Virus record (IMG/VR): IMGVR_UViG_3300035181_000699
Direction: 5' to 3' (one strand)
Length of the DNA: 20,000 nt
Origin: an uncultured virus (IMG/VR IMGVR_UViG_3300035181_000699)
Taxonomy: Duplodnaviria > Heunggongvirae > Uroviricota > Caudoviricetes
Positions within the stretch are counted from its first letter, which is position 1, and every line of letters starts with the position of its first letter. Below, piece after piece: positions 1 through 8,118 of the stretch. Below the pieces are notes generated by a model. That model had not been told where the DNA came from, searched no databases, and saw only the letters and a program-made list of their open reading frames with translations. A program made the position numbers and the translations under genes.

Positions 1-136
1 TGCTGAGCGCAAGTGTATATGGTACATGGTTGACTCAAAGGGAGCAGCGACTCTAACAGTGTACTTTACTCACAATCGTAGCGAAGCAGATGAGGTTGTT
101 TACTTCACTAATGACAGGTCTGAGGTTTCATGCTAA
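1..136 (+). CDS. 3' end of a gene truncated by the window; possibly the C-terminus of an ABC/SbcC(Rad50)-type ATPase
   Basis: Frame 2 is open from base 2 to TAA at 134-136 (AERKCIWYMVDSKGAATLTVYFTHNRSEADEVVYFTNDRSEVSC). 'VYFTH...ADEVV' resembles an ABC H-loop followed by the AD-x-V strand. It lies upstream of a resolvase-like gene. Confidence 0.35.
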   Translation, partial: AERKCIWYMVDSKGAATLTVYFTHNRSEADEVVYFTNDRSEVSC

Positions 137-160
137 ACTTTTCGCTGGACAAGTTGAATA
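133..160 (+). promoter_or_regulatory. Putative phage promoter CTAAA-N15-GTTGAATA
   Basis: Same bipartite motif and 15-nt spacing as four - strand copies; lies just upstream of AGGAG and the ATG at 181. Confidence 0.55.
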
Positions 161-180
161 CCAAGTCCATAGGAGTTACG

Positions 181-762
181 ATGGCGAGCAAGAAAAGCCC
201 AGTAGGGCCACACAAAGGACCGAACTTTGAAAGGGAGCTTTGCCGGAGGTTTTCCCTGTGGATTTCTAATGGGAAAACTAAGGACATCTTGTGGCGCACC
301 CATGGTTCTGGGGGATTCGCTACTAACTTGAGGAAGCAGGGCAGAGTTGCCCACTTTCAGGGCGGGGATATTGGTCTCTTAGACCCTCAAAACGCAACTG
401 GCATAGAATTCCTGCAGAACTTCATTGTAGAAGCCAAGCACCTACAGATGCAGTATTTCTGGCCAGGAGCTGCAGGCTGGCTTATGTTAGAAAAGTTTTG
501 GACAAAGGTTAATAAGGAGGGCGAAGGAAGAGTTCCTTTGCTTGTAGTGAAGATTAACTTTCAAGAAACGCTGGTGTTCATGCCTACGCCAATTTGGCGA
601 GCACTCCAGGCCATGGGAAACGACAACTGGAATGGAACCATGTATTTCCCCAACTACAAAGGCAGGGTGGGCTTTGTTACGTTGGACTTCCTGCTGAAGA
701 AATGTGATTATCAAAGTGTTCTAATACTAGCCAAGCAGCTAGTTGAAAGGAGAAGTCAATGA
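181..762 (+). CDS. PD-(D/E)XK nuclease, Holliday junction resolvase-like (Hjc type)
   Basis: KGPNFERELC, GGDIG and FIVEAKH give the E...D...ExK motif. The ATG at 181 has an AGGAG RBS and is preferred over 130. Confidence 0.75.
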   Translation: MASKKSPVGPHKGPNFERELCRRFSLWISNGKTKDILWRTHGSGGFATNLRKQGRVAHFQGGDIGLLDPQNATGIEFLQNFIVEAKHLQMQYFWPGAAGWLMLEKFWTKVNKEGEGRVPLLVVKINFQETLVFMPTPIWRALQAMGNDNWNGTMYFPNYKGRVGFVTLDFLLKKCDYQSVLILAKQLVERRSQ

Positions 763-1364
763 CAAGCCCCTTTAGAAGGCCTGATGGGCATAGGGTGAGT
801 TTGTTGTATGCTGCTATTGTGGCGGCGCTGGTATGCTCAAATGCTCTGTCTATAATCGTAGCCCTCAGACCAGCTCCTGTGAAGCCCACTGCAGTAGCTG
901 TTCCTGACCCACCACCATTTTGGCCAGAACGCAAGAAGCTAGAATCCTATGTTCTAGCCAATTACAATGTGTACCCCAGTTATGTTTCCTATGTCTTTGA
1001 CGCGGTAGAAAGCAATGCTAAGAAGTACAAGCTGCCGCCGGTATTTCTTCTTAGTGTTATCAGCGTGGAGTCTAGTTTCGACTTCGGCGCTGTCTCTAAC
1101 AAGCAGTGTAAGGGTATGATGCAAATCAACTACCCTATGTGGGCGTTAGAACTGAAGGCTGCTGGCATAGCAACTTCTGAAAAGCAGTTGTACGACCCCA
1201 AGGTTAATATAGAAGCAGGCAGTTATGTCCTTGCTAAACTGCTCAAACAGTGGAGTGACCCGGAGCTGGTATTGAGCAAGTACCTCGGTTGTAACAACAA
1301 GGATTACTCAAACAAAGTGCTCAATACCTGGGGGGAATACTCTCTCATCTGTACACTCAATTAG
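759..1364 (+). CDS. Lytic transglycosylase (SLT domain) with N-terminal transmembrane anchor
   Basis: VISVESSF (catalytic Glu), GMMQI, LYDPKVNIEAGSYVL; hydrophobic stretch at about residues 14-36; ATGA overlap with the upstream gene. Confidence 0.85.
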   Translation: MTSPFRRPDGHRVSLLYAAIVAALVCSNALSIIVALRPAPVKPTAVAVPDPPPFWPERKKLESYVLANYNVYPSYVSYVFDAVESNAKKYKLPPVFLLSVISVESSFDFGAVSNKQCKGMMQINYPMWALELKAAGIATSEKQLYDPKVNIEAGSYVLAKLLKQWSDPELVLSKYLGCNNKDYSNKVLNTWGEYSLICTLN

Positions 1365-1373
1365 GAGAATCAA

Positions 1374-2645
1374 ATGGATATGGAAAAGTTGAAGGCATTA
1401 ACTCCTCTAGAGGTGCTTATCTACTGGATGAACGAACGCCATAACATCTATTTGAGGAGGCAGGCAGGGCAACCTTGGCCTTGGACCGACGACCCAATTT
1501 TGCAGAAGCACAAGTTTGCCAACGTCTTTAGGGAGTTGGACAAGACCACTAAGTGGATGAGGGAAAACATAACCAACCCCCACATAGACGACCCGCCTGA
1601 GCTGATGATATTCAATTGTGCGTTGTTTAGGATGGTAGGAACAATTGAATACAGCCAGGCAATTGGTGGGTGGCAGGACCACTTTGACCCCGACAAGCTC
1701 ATAGCAGTAGGGGAACAGCTGCATGCGGCAGGCAAGCCAGTGTTTACTGCCGCGTATATCGTAAGTGGCACCAATTCTGGCATCGGTAACAAACTCAAAT
1801 TGGTGATTGAAGAGAACATGATGGCCCTTTGGCGCAAGCGCAAGGAGCTGGCTCAGATAGCAGCTGACACAAAGCGCATGAGCCAGGTGTTCAAAGCGCT
1901 GATTGAGCTGCCAGGATATGGCGGTTCTGGATTTATGGCGTATGAGCTGGTGACTGACCTACGCTGGACACATGTGTTCGGGCCTGAAGGCCCAACTGAC
2001 ATAATGACTTGGAGTAACCCAGGCCCCGGAGCTAGGGAGGGATTGAATCTTATTCATAATAGACCACTCAACTTTAGGCTAAGGAACGACCTGCTGCTGG
2101 AGGAGATGCAGGAGTTGCTTACTACTTTGCCTTCTCAGCTGGGCCCACACATTCCTCCATTAGAGCTGAGAGACGTGGAACACTGTTTGTGTGAGCTGTC
2201 GAAGTACTGGCGATGCCTACAGGGTCTGGGGTCTACTAGGTCTTTGTATTATAATCCTGACGTTGGGATGCCAGAACCATTTGCCCCCAAAAAGCACAGG
2301 CCAACAACCGTTAAACCAGCAGAAGAAGTAGTCAATACCAGCTTGCTGAGCCGGATTAAACTGGCTTGGAAGGTTTTGTTGGGGGAAAGCCTCCCTGCTC
2401 CGCCAGTTAAACGGGGAAGAAGAGCTAGGAAGACCGCGTTGCCTGAGCAGGAGTTCCCACAAGCGCAGCCCAATTGTGCGATTGACTTAGAGGATGTGCC
2501 CCCAGAACAGCCTGCAGATGAGTTAAAATTGACTCCTCAGCCTGCTAAGCCAAAGCGTAGCCACCACAAGAAGAAAGACCCTAATGCCCCCCCAAGACGT
2601 CGGGGCAGGCCACCTAAGCACCGGCCTCCAGAAGGGTTGGTGTGA
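1374..2645 (+). CDS. 5-hmdU DNA kinase-like (aGPT-Pplase1 / HMUDK helical family) with Lys/Pro-rich AT-hook C-terminal extension
   Basis: ERHNIY..GQPWPWTDDPIL..KFANVFRELDK, GFMAYELVTDL, NPGPGA..GL, RDVEHCLCELSKY; tail contains RRRGRPPK; AGGAG RBS. Confidence 0.85.
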   Translation: MDMEKLKALTPLEVLIYWMNERHNIYLRRQAGQPWPWTDDPILQKHKFANVFRELDKTTKWMRENITNPHIDDPPELMIFNCALFRMVGTIEYSQAIGGWQDHFDPDKLIAVGEQLHAAGKPVFTAAYIVSGTNSGIGNKLKLVIEENMMALWRKRKELAQIAADTKRMSQVFKALIELPGYGGSGFMAYELVTDLRWTHVFGPEGPTDIMTWSNPGPGAREGLNLIHNRPLNFRLRNDLLLEEMQELLTTLPSQLGPHIPPLELRDVEHCLCELSKYWRCLQGLGSTRSLYYNPDVGMPEPFAPKKHRPTTVKPAEEVVNTSLLSRIKLAWKVLLGESLPAPPVKRGRRARKTALPEQEFPQAQPNCAIDLEDVPPEQPADELKLTPQPAKPKRSHHKKKDPNAPPRRRGRPPKHRPPEGLV

Positions 2646-2706
2646 TTTGGCTGCGAGCAGTATATAAGGCGGCATATATGAAAAGCTCCGGAGAGGAGGA
2701 GAGCGA

Positions 2707-3240
2707 ATGCGAGAAGGAGACAGATACTATCGGAACTTCGGCGGCAGTTGTGAATGCGGGAGCACCGAACTGATTGTGAGCCACGGGATACTCCAATGTG
2801 CCAACTGCTGGAAACCGCTTGCTACTTCGACTGGTGGTAGGGAGAAGAGCATGAACGAAGTCAAGCGTACCGAACGTGGTTGGGCTGGACATGTCATCTG
2901 GTCAGCGAGCCGTTGCCGCTTCCGGCGGAACACTCTGTTGGAATGCGGCGACAAGCGAATCGTGGTCTCAACGGTTGGAGACTTGGAAAACGGCGAGCCG
3001 ATAGGCCATAATCGTTACTACGAGACCAAGGCATTCTGGGCCAAGAAGGACGGTGTCTACTGGGACGCTGACAAGGCGAAGGAGGTCCCTTTCGAGAGCC
3101 CGTGGTGTATCGGCACCTTATCTGGGACCTCGGATGACGAAGCTAACGATATGCACGAAGCCGTGGTGGCCGAATTGACCGAGTGGCTACGGCAAGGAGG
3201 AGAGCATGAAGCTGAAACGATGGGAAATCAGTCAGACTGA
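2707..3240 (+). CDS. Phage hypothetical protein: N-terminal CxC/CxxC module plus ERGWAGH domain (alternative start 2851)
   Basis: Strong RBS GAGGAGG before 2707; a second GGAG with in-frame ATG at 2851. Confidence 0.65.
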   Translation: MREGDRYYRNFGGSCECGSTELIVSHGILQCANCWKPLATSTGGREKSMNEVKRTERGWAGHVIWSASRCRFRRNTLLECGDKRIVVSTVGDLENGEPIGHNRYYETKAFWAKKDGVYWDADKAKEVPFESPWCIGTLSGTSDDEANDMHEAVVAELTEWLRQGGEHEAETMGNQSD

Positions 3241-3418
3241 GGGTGAAGAGGGAGAATTGACGGCCATAATGTTTTACGGCCCCTGGCGCAACGGCGTCAA
3301 TGCTGCGTTCACCATTTACCCAGGTAAGACAGCAGGGACACCGGAGTTTGTCGAATGGCTCTTGCAGAAGCTGAACGCGAAGCACAAACGCAGGGGCGGA
3401 ACTTCGTGCGCGGCCTGA
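3206..3418 (+). CDS. Hypothetical protein, 70 aa
   Basis: GGAGG RBS; overlaps the end of the upstream gene. Confidence 0.55.
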   Translation: MKLKRWEISQTEGEEGELTAIMFYGPWRNGVNAAFTIYPGKTAGTPEFVEWLLQKLNAKHKRRGGTSCAA

Positions 3419-3461
3419 TTGCTAACTGATGATGTTTGGAGCAAACCAAAAGGAGGCAGAC

Positions 3462-3761
3462 ATGTTTGTTAACACAGGTGGTGGTAGTAACTCTTCAGCA
3501 ACAGCAGTAGTACCAGAGGTCCAGCAAATCATGAAGAGGTTAGATATCGAGCTTGATGAATTAGGGAAAGCAGTAGAGGCTCTTGGTGTTCGTCTGGACG
3601 TGGTAATGACAGGACCTCTACAACCAAATGATAGTCAGCCGATTCCCGAGGCTGTTGCGCCAGCACGCTGTGCATTGGCTGCCACTTTGGAAAGACAGGT
3701 GGAGCGCGTGGCAGCGTACAGAGAAGACATAGACGCTCTTAGAAGTCGGCTTCAAATCTAA
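3462..3761 (+). CDS. Hypothetical coiled-coil protein
   Basis: AAGGAGG RBS before the ATG at 3462; heptad-like helices. Confidence 0.65.
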   Translation: MFVNTGGGSNSSATAVVPEVQQIMKRLDIELDELGKAVEALGVRLDVVMTGPLQPNDSQPIPEAVAPARCALAATLERQVERVAAYREDIDALRSRLQI

Positions 3762-3884
3762 GGCGCAGGCACTTCCCTGGCAGGACAGCCCTGCTCGGCC
3801 CAGAGAAGCTGGCGGAAGGGCAAAAAGCAGAGAATGACAGAGGCAAATCACAATAAATAGACTCGCTACATCTTGGGGGAACTG

Positions 3885-4472
3885 ATGGATTACAAAATCT
3901 TGAGCAATGCAGAAGCTGAGGCCCAGTATGCTGACTGGGCCAATATGTTTAAGGTGGACCGTCCTTTTCTGTCAGGTGCAGCTAACATTACACATAGGTT
4001 CGGTCAAGGTGAGGACTCTCTGGAGCACATAGTAATAGGTTATGGCAATAGAGTACTCAGCCTTGTTACATTTCATGTCGGACGGCGCAAGAGAGGCATA
4101 TGGGGCCGGTACTTAAATGTGTACTACGCATACACAATACCAGACTACAGGAGACTCGGTCTTGCCTCTAGTCTTATGCGGTCAGCTGAGGATATAGCTC
4201 GCAGCAAGGAAGCACACAGGATAAAGTCTATTGCAGGGTCTATCAGAGGGTTCTACTTGCATAGACACTTAGGCCATTCTATGTGGGGAGTTACTACAGA
4301 GGGCTCTATTATAGTTGACCACTACCTGGTCCCTGAGTATGACCTTCCAGGAGTGCCTCCAAATGTCTTAGGGTATGCTCCTGATACTAAGGGCACGTTG
4401 TCATACACTGAGGCAGAGAGCCTGTTCAGGGAGCACAAGGTAGGCAAGGCTTGGGCGCTCTTAGAGCAATAG
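3885..4472 (+). CDS. GNAT-family N-acetyltransferase
   Basis: Motif A: YAYTIPDYRRLGLASSLM (RRxGxA acetyl-CoA loop); motif B-like GFYLHRHLG; ATG at 3885 after GGGGGA. Confidence 0.75.
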   Translation: MDYKILSNAEAEAQYADWANMFKVDRPFLSGAANITHRFGQGEDSLEHIVIGYGNRVLSLVTFHVGRRKRGIWGRYLNVYYAYTIPDYRRLGLASSLMRSAEDIARSKEAHRIKSIAGSIRGFYLHRHLGHSMWGVTTEGSIIVDHYLVPEYDLPGVPPNVLGYAPDTKGTLSYTEAESLFREHKVGKAWALLEQ

Positions 4473-4503
4473 TACCCCCATCATACCCTACAGCCTGACT
4501 TTG

Positions 4504-4540
4504 TTTCATTGCGTCTCGAAGACGAGAGCGTGGAGTTTTT
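4504..4540 (+). terminator. Probable intrinsic terminator between convergent genes; copy A of a duplicated hairpin element
   Basis: Imperfect stem TTTCA(T)TGC(G)TCTCG-AAGA-CGAGAGCGTGGAG followed by TTTTT. Confidence 0.5.
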
Positions 4541-5171
4541 AAGCCATCCTACGTTTCAATAGGCTCTTAGCAGTGGCTATACCCTGAGCAACCTTGGTAA
4601 CTGGCTGGCTTAGCATAACAGCAATGTCTTCCGGGGACTTGCCAAGGTATAGACCCATCAATGCGCAGTCAGCAAGGAACTCATCCTCAAGCATGTTCAT
4701 TAAGGAAGTATATACAGCAGCTCCTGGGTGAGTTATAAGCTGCTGCGCTGTGCGGCCATGCCTTTCTGTTTCTTCATCATACTCCTCTTCAGGAGGAACA
4801 GAATGTAGGCTTGGGTCCAGCCCCTTCTTTGTAGCATCGAGCATATAGTGGCGGAGATTGTTGGCTAGAGCATTGCGGAAGTATGGTATGAAAACAGCTT
4901 CATCATTTTCCATATTAAACTTGTTCAGACACAATAACAATGTCAGACGTCCTTCTTGTATCAAGTCATCCTCTGTAACCCAAGGGGGGAGTTGGTGTTT
5001 GCTGAGCGTGTGGTAGACTGCTCTGTAAATCATTGCTGCCAGTAGTTCTAAGATGGAGTCGAACGCCATTGGGTTACTTTCTGGGTAGTTTCTGTATAAG
5101 AAAATGTACTGCTTGATGACGGTGCTTACTCTGCAAGCCCTTTGCCACCTGTTTATGTTAGAGACAGCCAT
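4539..5171 (-). CDS. Sigma-70 family RNA polymerase sigma factor-like protein (regions 2 and 4)
   Basis: EDDLIQEGRLTLLLCLNKFN...FIPYFRNALANNL (region 2); C-terminal HTH SPEDIAVMLSQPVTKVAQ; GGAGG RBS. Confidence 0.75.
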   Translation of the reverse strand: MAVSNINRWQRACRVSTVIKQYIFLYRNYPESNPMAFDSILELLAAMIYRAVYHTLSKHQLPPWVTEDDLIQEGRLTLLLCLNKFNMENDEAVFIPYFRNALANNLRHYMLDATKKGLDPSLHSVPPEEEYDEETERHGRTAQQLITHPGAAVYTSLMNMLEDEFLADCALMGLYLGKSPEDIAVMLSQPVTKVAQGIATAKSLLKRRMA

Positions 5172-5271
5172 ATACCCCTCCTAACAGCTATAGTATAATA
5201 CAGGTTGCACAAAAAGGTAAGTTTACTTCTATTCAACAGCGATTACTCATAGAATATATCGGAGACAATCG

Positions 5272-5619
5272 CTATAATTCTTTGTATGCAGCCTGCACCT
5301 GTTTCCTAGACTTTAGGATTTCTGCTCTAATTGCTTCGTCTCTATAGTACCAACTCCCCCTGTCTGCTTGGTACAGCTCTTTGCGCTTTTGTATTTCGTC
5401 TTCCTTTAGTCGAGTGACAAGGTTGTCTATTTCGTTCTCAGTCATCTTGGCCTTAATCAAAGGGGATATCTTCCGGTATTTACAGCACTGAATCCCATAG
5501 CAGTAGTCAAACATATAAAGCTCTCCGGAAGCCACTTTTATCTGTCTTTGTAGGCAGATACGCGGGTCTAGAGGGCTTGGGCGGTTAGCAGGGCATGGAA
5601 TAAGAATTTTAGGCTTCAT
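5272..5619 (-). CDS. Cys-rich hypothetical protein (paralog of 8119..8352)
   Basis: Pattern CP..R...P..CL..Q...C.G..CC; TAATG coupling to the upstream kinase gene. Confidence 0.65.
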   Translation of the reverse strand: MKPKILIPCPANRPSPLDPRICLQRQIKVASGELYMFDYCYGIQCCKYRKISPLIKAKMTENEIDNLVTRLKEDEIQKRKELYQADRGSWYYRDEAIRAEILKSRKQVQAAYKEL

Positions 5620-6506
5620 TAGAACTCCGGCGGTTTGTTTGAGGAGTACAAAGCCCTTGGTTTCCCTTCTCCATTCAGGACTCTTAGATACTTGTCCACC
5701 TCACAACACGCTCCTTCGATATCTCTCATCTCGAAAGCAGGTACATGTGGTTCTAGCCTGGTTACGGATGCTTTCAACAAATCCCTCATCATGTGAACAC
5801 TTTCATCTTCCGGCAGTTGAGTCTTGAGAGGGAGGCCAAAAACTCTACACAGTCCTCGCTGCGCTCCTGGGCCTGCATTTGCCCAAGTCATGATATCAGT
5901 AGCATCTCGCAGGTAGTGGGTCCACCGCAGGTCTGTAGCGACCTCGTATGCCAGAAAGCCCCCCCAGCCTGGGTATGCTGCGAGCCGTTTAGTGAAACTA
6001 CGGATGGTGTCATCTTTCCTTGGGGCAACATTACCCCTGTCAACCCACAGTTGGTTTAGTACGCTTTTGACTGTGTACGTGGGTTTGTCATTGGTAACAG
6101 CGTATTCCCGCCAGATGTCTCCACGGAGCATGTAAGCTCCAGTGTACACCTTTTCACCACGTTTCTGCCTGTCTTGCATCACTCTAACTATTGCATCTGG
6201 CTCCCATTCATCAGGAAAGTTGGTTCTCTCAACAATCTCTTGGAGGGTAGGAGGCCAGTTAATAACTCTGGCAAGACACATCATCATCCACAGGTTAGGA
6301 TGCTCTGCATAAGGCTCCCTCCAGTTGACTCTTAGCCAGGTTGTAACTTTGTCTAACTCCCTGAATACTTGACAGAATTTGTATCTTTGGAATATTGGGT
6401 CATCAGTCCAGGGCCAAGGCTGCCCGGAGCTTTTAAGTAGATGAATGCGGTGGCGCTCATTACACCAGTACCAGAACACATCCATAGGTCTCGTGGTAGT
6501 GAGCAT
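5619..6506 (-). CDS. 5-hmdU DNA kinase-like (aGPT-Pplase1), second copy
   Basis: ERHRI..GQPWPWTDDPIF..KFCQVFRELDK, VYTGAYM, GFLAYEVATDL, WANAGPGA..GL, RDIEGACCEVDKY; clearly homologous to 1374..2645. Confidence 0.85.
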   Translation of the reverse strand: MLTTTRPMDVFWYWCNERHRIHLLKSSGQPWPWTDDPIFQRYKFCQVFRELDKVTTWLRVNWREPYAEHPNLWMMMCLARVINWPPTLQEIVERTNFPDEWEPDAIVRVMQDRQKRGEKVYTGAYMLRGDIWREYAVTNDKPTYTVKSVLNQLWVDRGNVAPRKDDTIRSFTKRLAAYPGWGGFLAYEVATDLRWTHYLRDATDIMTWANAGPGAQRGLCRVFGLPLKTQLPEDESVHMMRDLLKASVTRLEPHVPAFEMRDIEGACCEVDKYLRVLNGEGKPRALYSSNKPPEF

Positions 6507-6508
6507 AA

Positions 6509-6721
6509 CTACGCCCCTTTTGATGTATTGTCTTGCTGTTCAGTTGACTTGCTTTCCTTGTTGTATGCTTCTTTTGCCTGAGCCAGTTTTTGCTTTAGCA
6601 TTTCGTTGGCTATCTTTACACAGGTGACATGCATATAGTTGCCTTGCTTGGTCTTGACTATCTGTTCTTCTGCTCCTCCCCGCTTACGAATCTTCTTACG
6701 GCACAATATACAGGTTTTCAT
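6509..6721 (-). CDS. Small putative zinc-finger protein (CxxC...HxxC)
   Basis: CILC...HVTC; AGGAGG RBS. Confidence 0.6.
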   Translation of the reverse strand: MKTCILCRKKIRKRGGAEEQIVKTKQGNYMHVTCVKIANEMLKQKLAQAKEAYNKESKSTEQQDNTSKGA

Positions 6722-6819
6722 GGTATAGCCTCCTACAGCTTAGAGACGCCACCCTTTCCTCTTGTCTATTTCTCTTGCTACTATGAAGCACCACAGAACT
6801 ACCATCACACATAGTAGAG

Positions 6820-7017
6820 TCATGGCTTCCTCTTTATCGGCGTGTCAACTCGAATCAGGCCAGTGGGTGTCACTCGCACTTCCAAAATCTGCCTATCCGT
6901 TTTGAGCGTTAAGAGCCATATATTGGGGGTGCTGGCGCTGCGCTCGACCTCAACCGGTCCCCAGACGAATCCATAGTCGGTAGCCTCCAGATAAGGCCAC
7001 TTTGCTCTCCTCATCAT
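6820..7017 (-). CDS. Hypothetical protein, 65 aa
   Basis: AGGAG RBS; tight packing in the operon. Confidence 0.55.
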   Translation of the reverse strand: MMRRAKWPYLEATDYGFVWGPVEVERSASTPNIWLLTLKTDRQILEVRVTPTGLIRVDTPIKRKP

Positions 7018-7019
7018 GG

Positions 7020-7244
7020 CTATATGCTCCTGTTTGCCTGCTTGGTTTCTATGATGATTGGCTCTCCCTTGTACTTGCTAGCGAGATAAGCACCTCGCTT
7101 CAGAAGGTCAATCACCGGTGCACCGTCAGGAGGGAGGTCTACTATCTGAGTCCTTATGCCGTATGCGCCGAGTTCGCTAGCAATTATGTGCGCAATCGTT
7201 GTTTTTCCAGAGTGAGCACCCCCTACTACAATTATCTTAAGCAT
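7020..7244 (-). CDS. Very small protein with a Walker A motif
   Basis: IIVVGGAHSGKTT; AGGAG RBS. Confidence 0.6.
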   Translation of the reverse strand: MLKIIVVGGAHSGKTTIAHIIASELGAYGIRTQIVDLPPDGAPVIDLLKRGAYLASKYKGEPIIIETKQANRSI

Positions 7245-7410
7245 TTTTGTCTCCTTTTTCCTCAGCTTTCATAATTGCTTTAGCTTGGCTGCTGGCTAGT
7301 GTAGCCCAGTTGTACACCCCCTCCCAGTCATGCATCCGAAGATACCCCTCAGCACTTTTCAGGGCCTGCTTAATGAGTTTCGCATGCTCTAGCTTTTCTT
7401 TGGCAGTCAT
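7237..7410 (-). CDS. Small helical hypothetical protein (paralog of 7905..8117)
   Basis: AGGAGGTG RBS before the ATG at 7410; DWEGVYNWA motif. Confidence 0.6.
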   Translation of the reverse strand: MTAKEKLEHAKLIKQALKSAEGYLRMHDWEGVYNWATLASSQAKAIMKAEEKGDKNA

Positions 7411-7455
7411 CTCGCACCTCCTATTCACGCTATTGCGTTTCCCTAACGTTCCGCA

Positions 7456-7908
7456 TCAGTCATCATCCAAACAAAAAAGTTCAGTCGCATCATGCGTGTC
7501 TTGTACCAAATCCTCTAACAACCCCAAAGAACGGTTATCCAACGATTCTATCCACTCCACTATTTCTTTCTTCCGTTCTTCTGACAACTTTGACTCTGGA
7601 GAAAACGAATACGGAATTAAACAAGAAGGACGCCTTTTTTCCTTACTGGGGGCTCGCGCTGCTTTGAGCATCCGCGCCAGGTTGTCGGCTGCTACGCAAG
7701 CGATATTCCAGCGTATGACTCGCCATCTATCCGGTGGGTCTATAGCCACGGCTGGTAAAGTGGCAATGCGGTCGTAGGTAGCATACATGGTTTGGTTGAA
7801 CAGCATCCTTGCCGCGTTGGGCCATTTCGCCCACTGTTTTTGCCCAACGCAGTAAAGGTTCTCTGGGCTTTCCGGTAAATCCCATTGTGTTTTCATCTTC
7901 CTCTTCAT
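7456..7908 (-). CDS. Hypothetical protein, 150 aa
   Basis: AAGGAGGTG RBS before the ATG at 7908; ATGA overlap. Confidence 0.6.
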   Translation of the reverse strand: MKRKMKTQWDLPESPENLYCVGQKQWAKWPNAARMLFNQTMYATYDRIATLPAVAIDPPDRWRVIRWNIACVAADNLARMLKAARAPSKEKRRPSCLIPYSFSPESKLSEERKKEIVEWIESLDNRSLGLLEDLVQDTHDATELFCLDDD

Positions 7909-8117
7909 CTCACACCTCCTTCTGTTCCCCTCTCTTCCCGTATCAAAAACCGTGCTCGGTTGCAAGCAAAATTCGCCCACAATATAACGCCATCCCAATC
8001 CCGTACTTTAACCCTTTCCTTCGCTATCTCCAATGCCATATTAACCCGCTTCTCTGGGGATGACTCCCGCATCACGCGCTCCAAACCTTCCTCATAACTC
8101 TCTTCGGGCACAGGCAT
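7905..8117 (-). CDS. Small helical hypothetical protein (paralog of 7237..7410)
   Basis: DWDGVILWA motif; abuts its neighbours. Confidence 0.6.
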   Translation of the reverse strand: MPVPEESYEEGLERVMRESSPEKRVNMALEIAKERVKVRDWDGVILWANFACNRARFLIREERGTEGGVR

Positions 8118-8118
8118 A

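Noticed and set aside
3762..3884. Possible structured RNA or riboswitch upstream of the GNAT
   Set aside because: A GC-rich stem (GCAGG...CCTGC) is present, but there is no recognisable consensus or second copy
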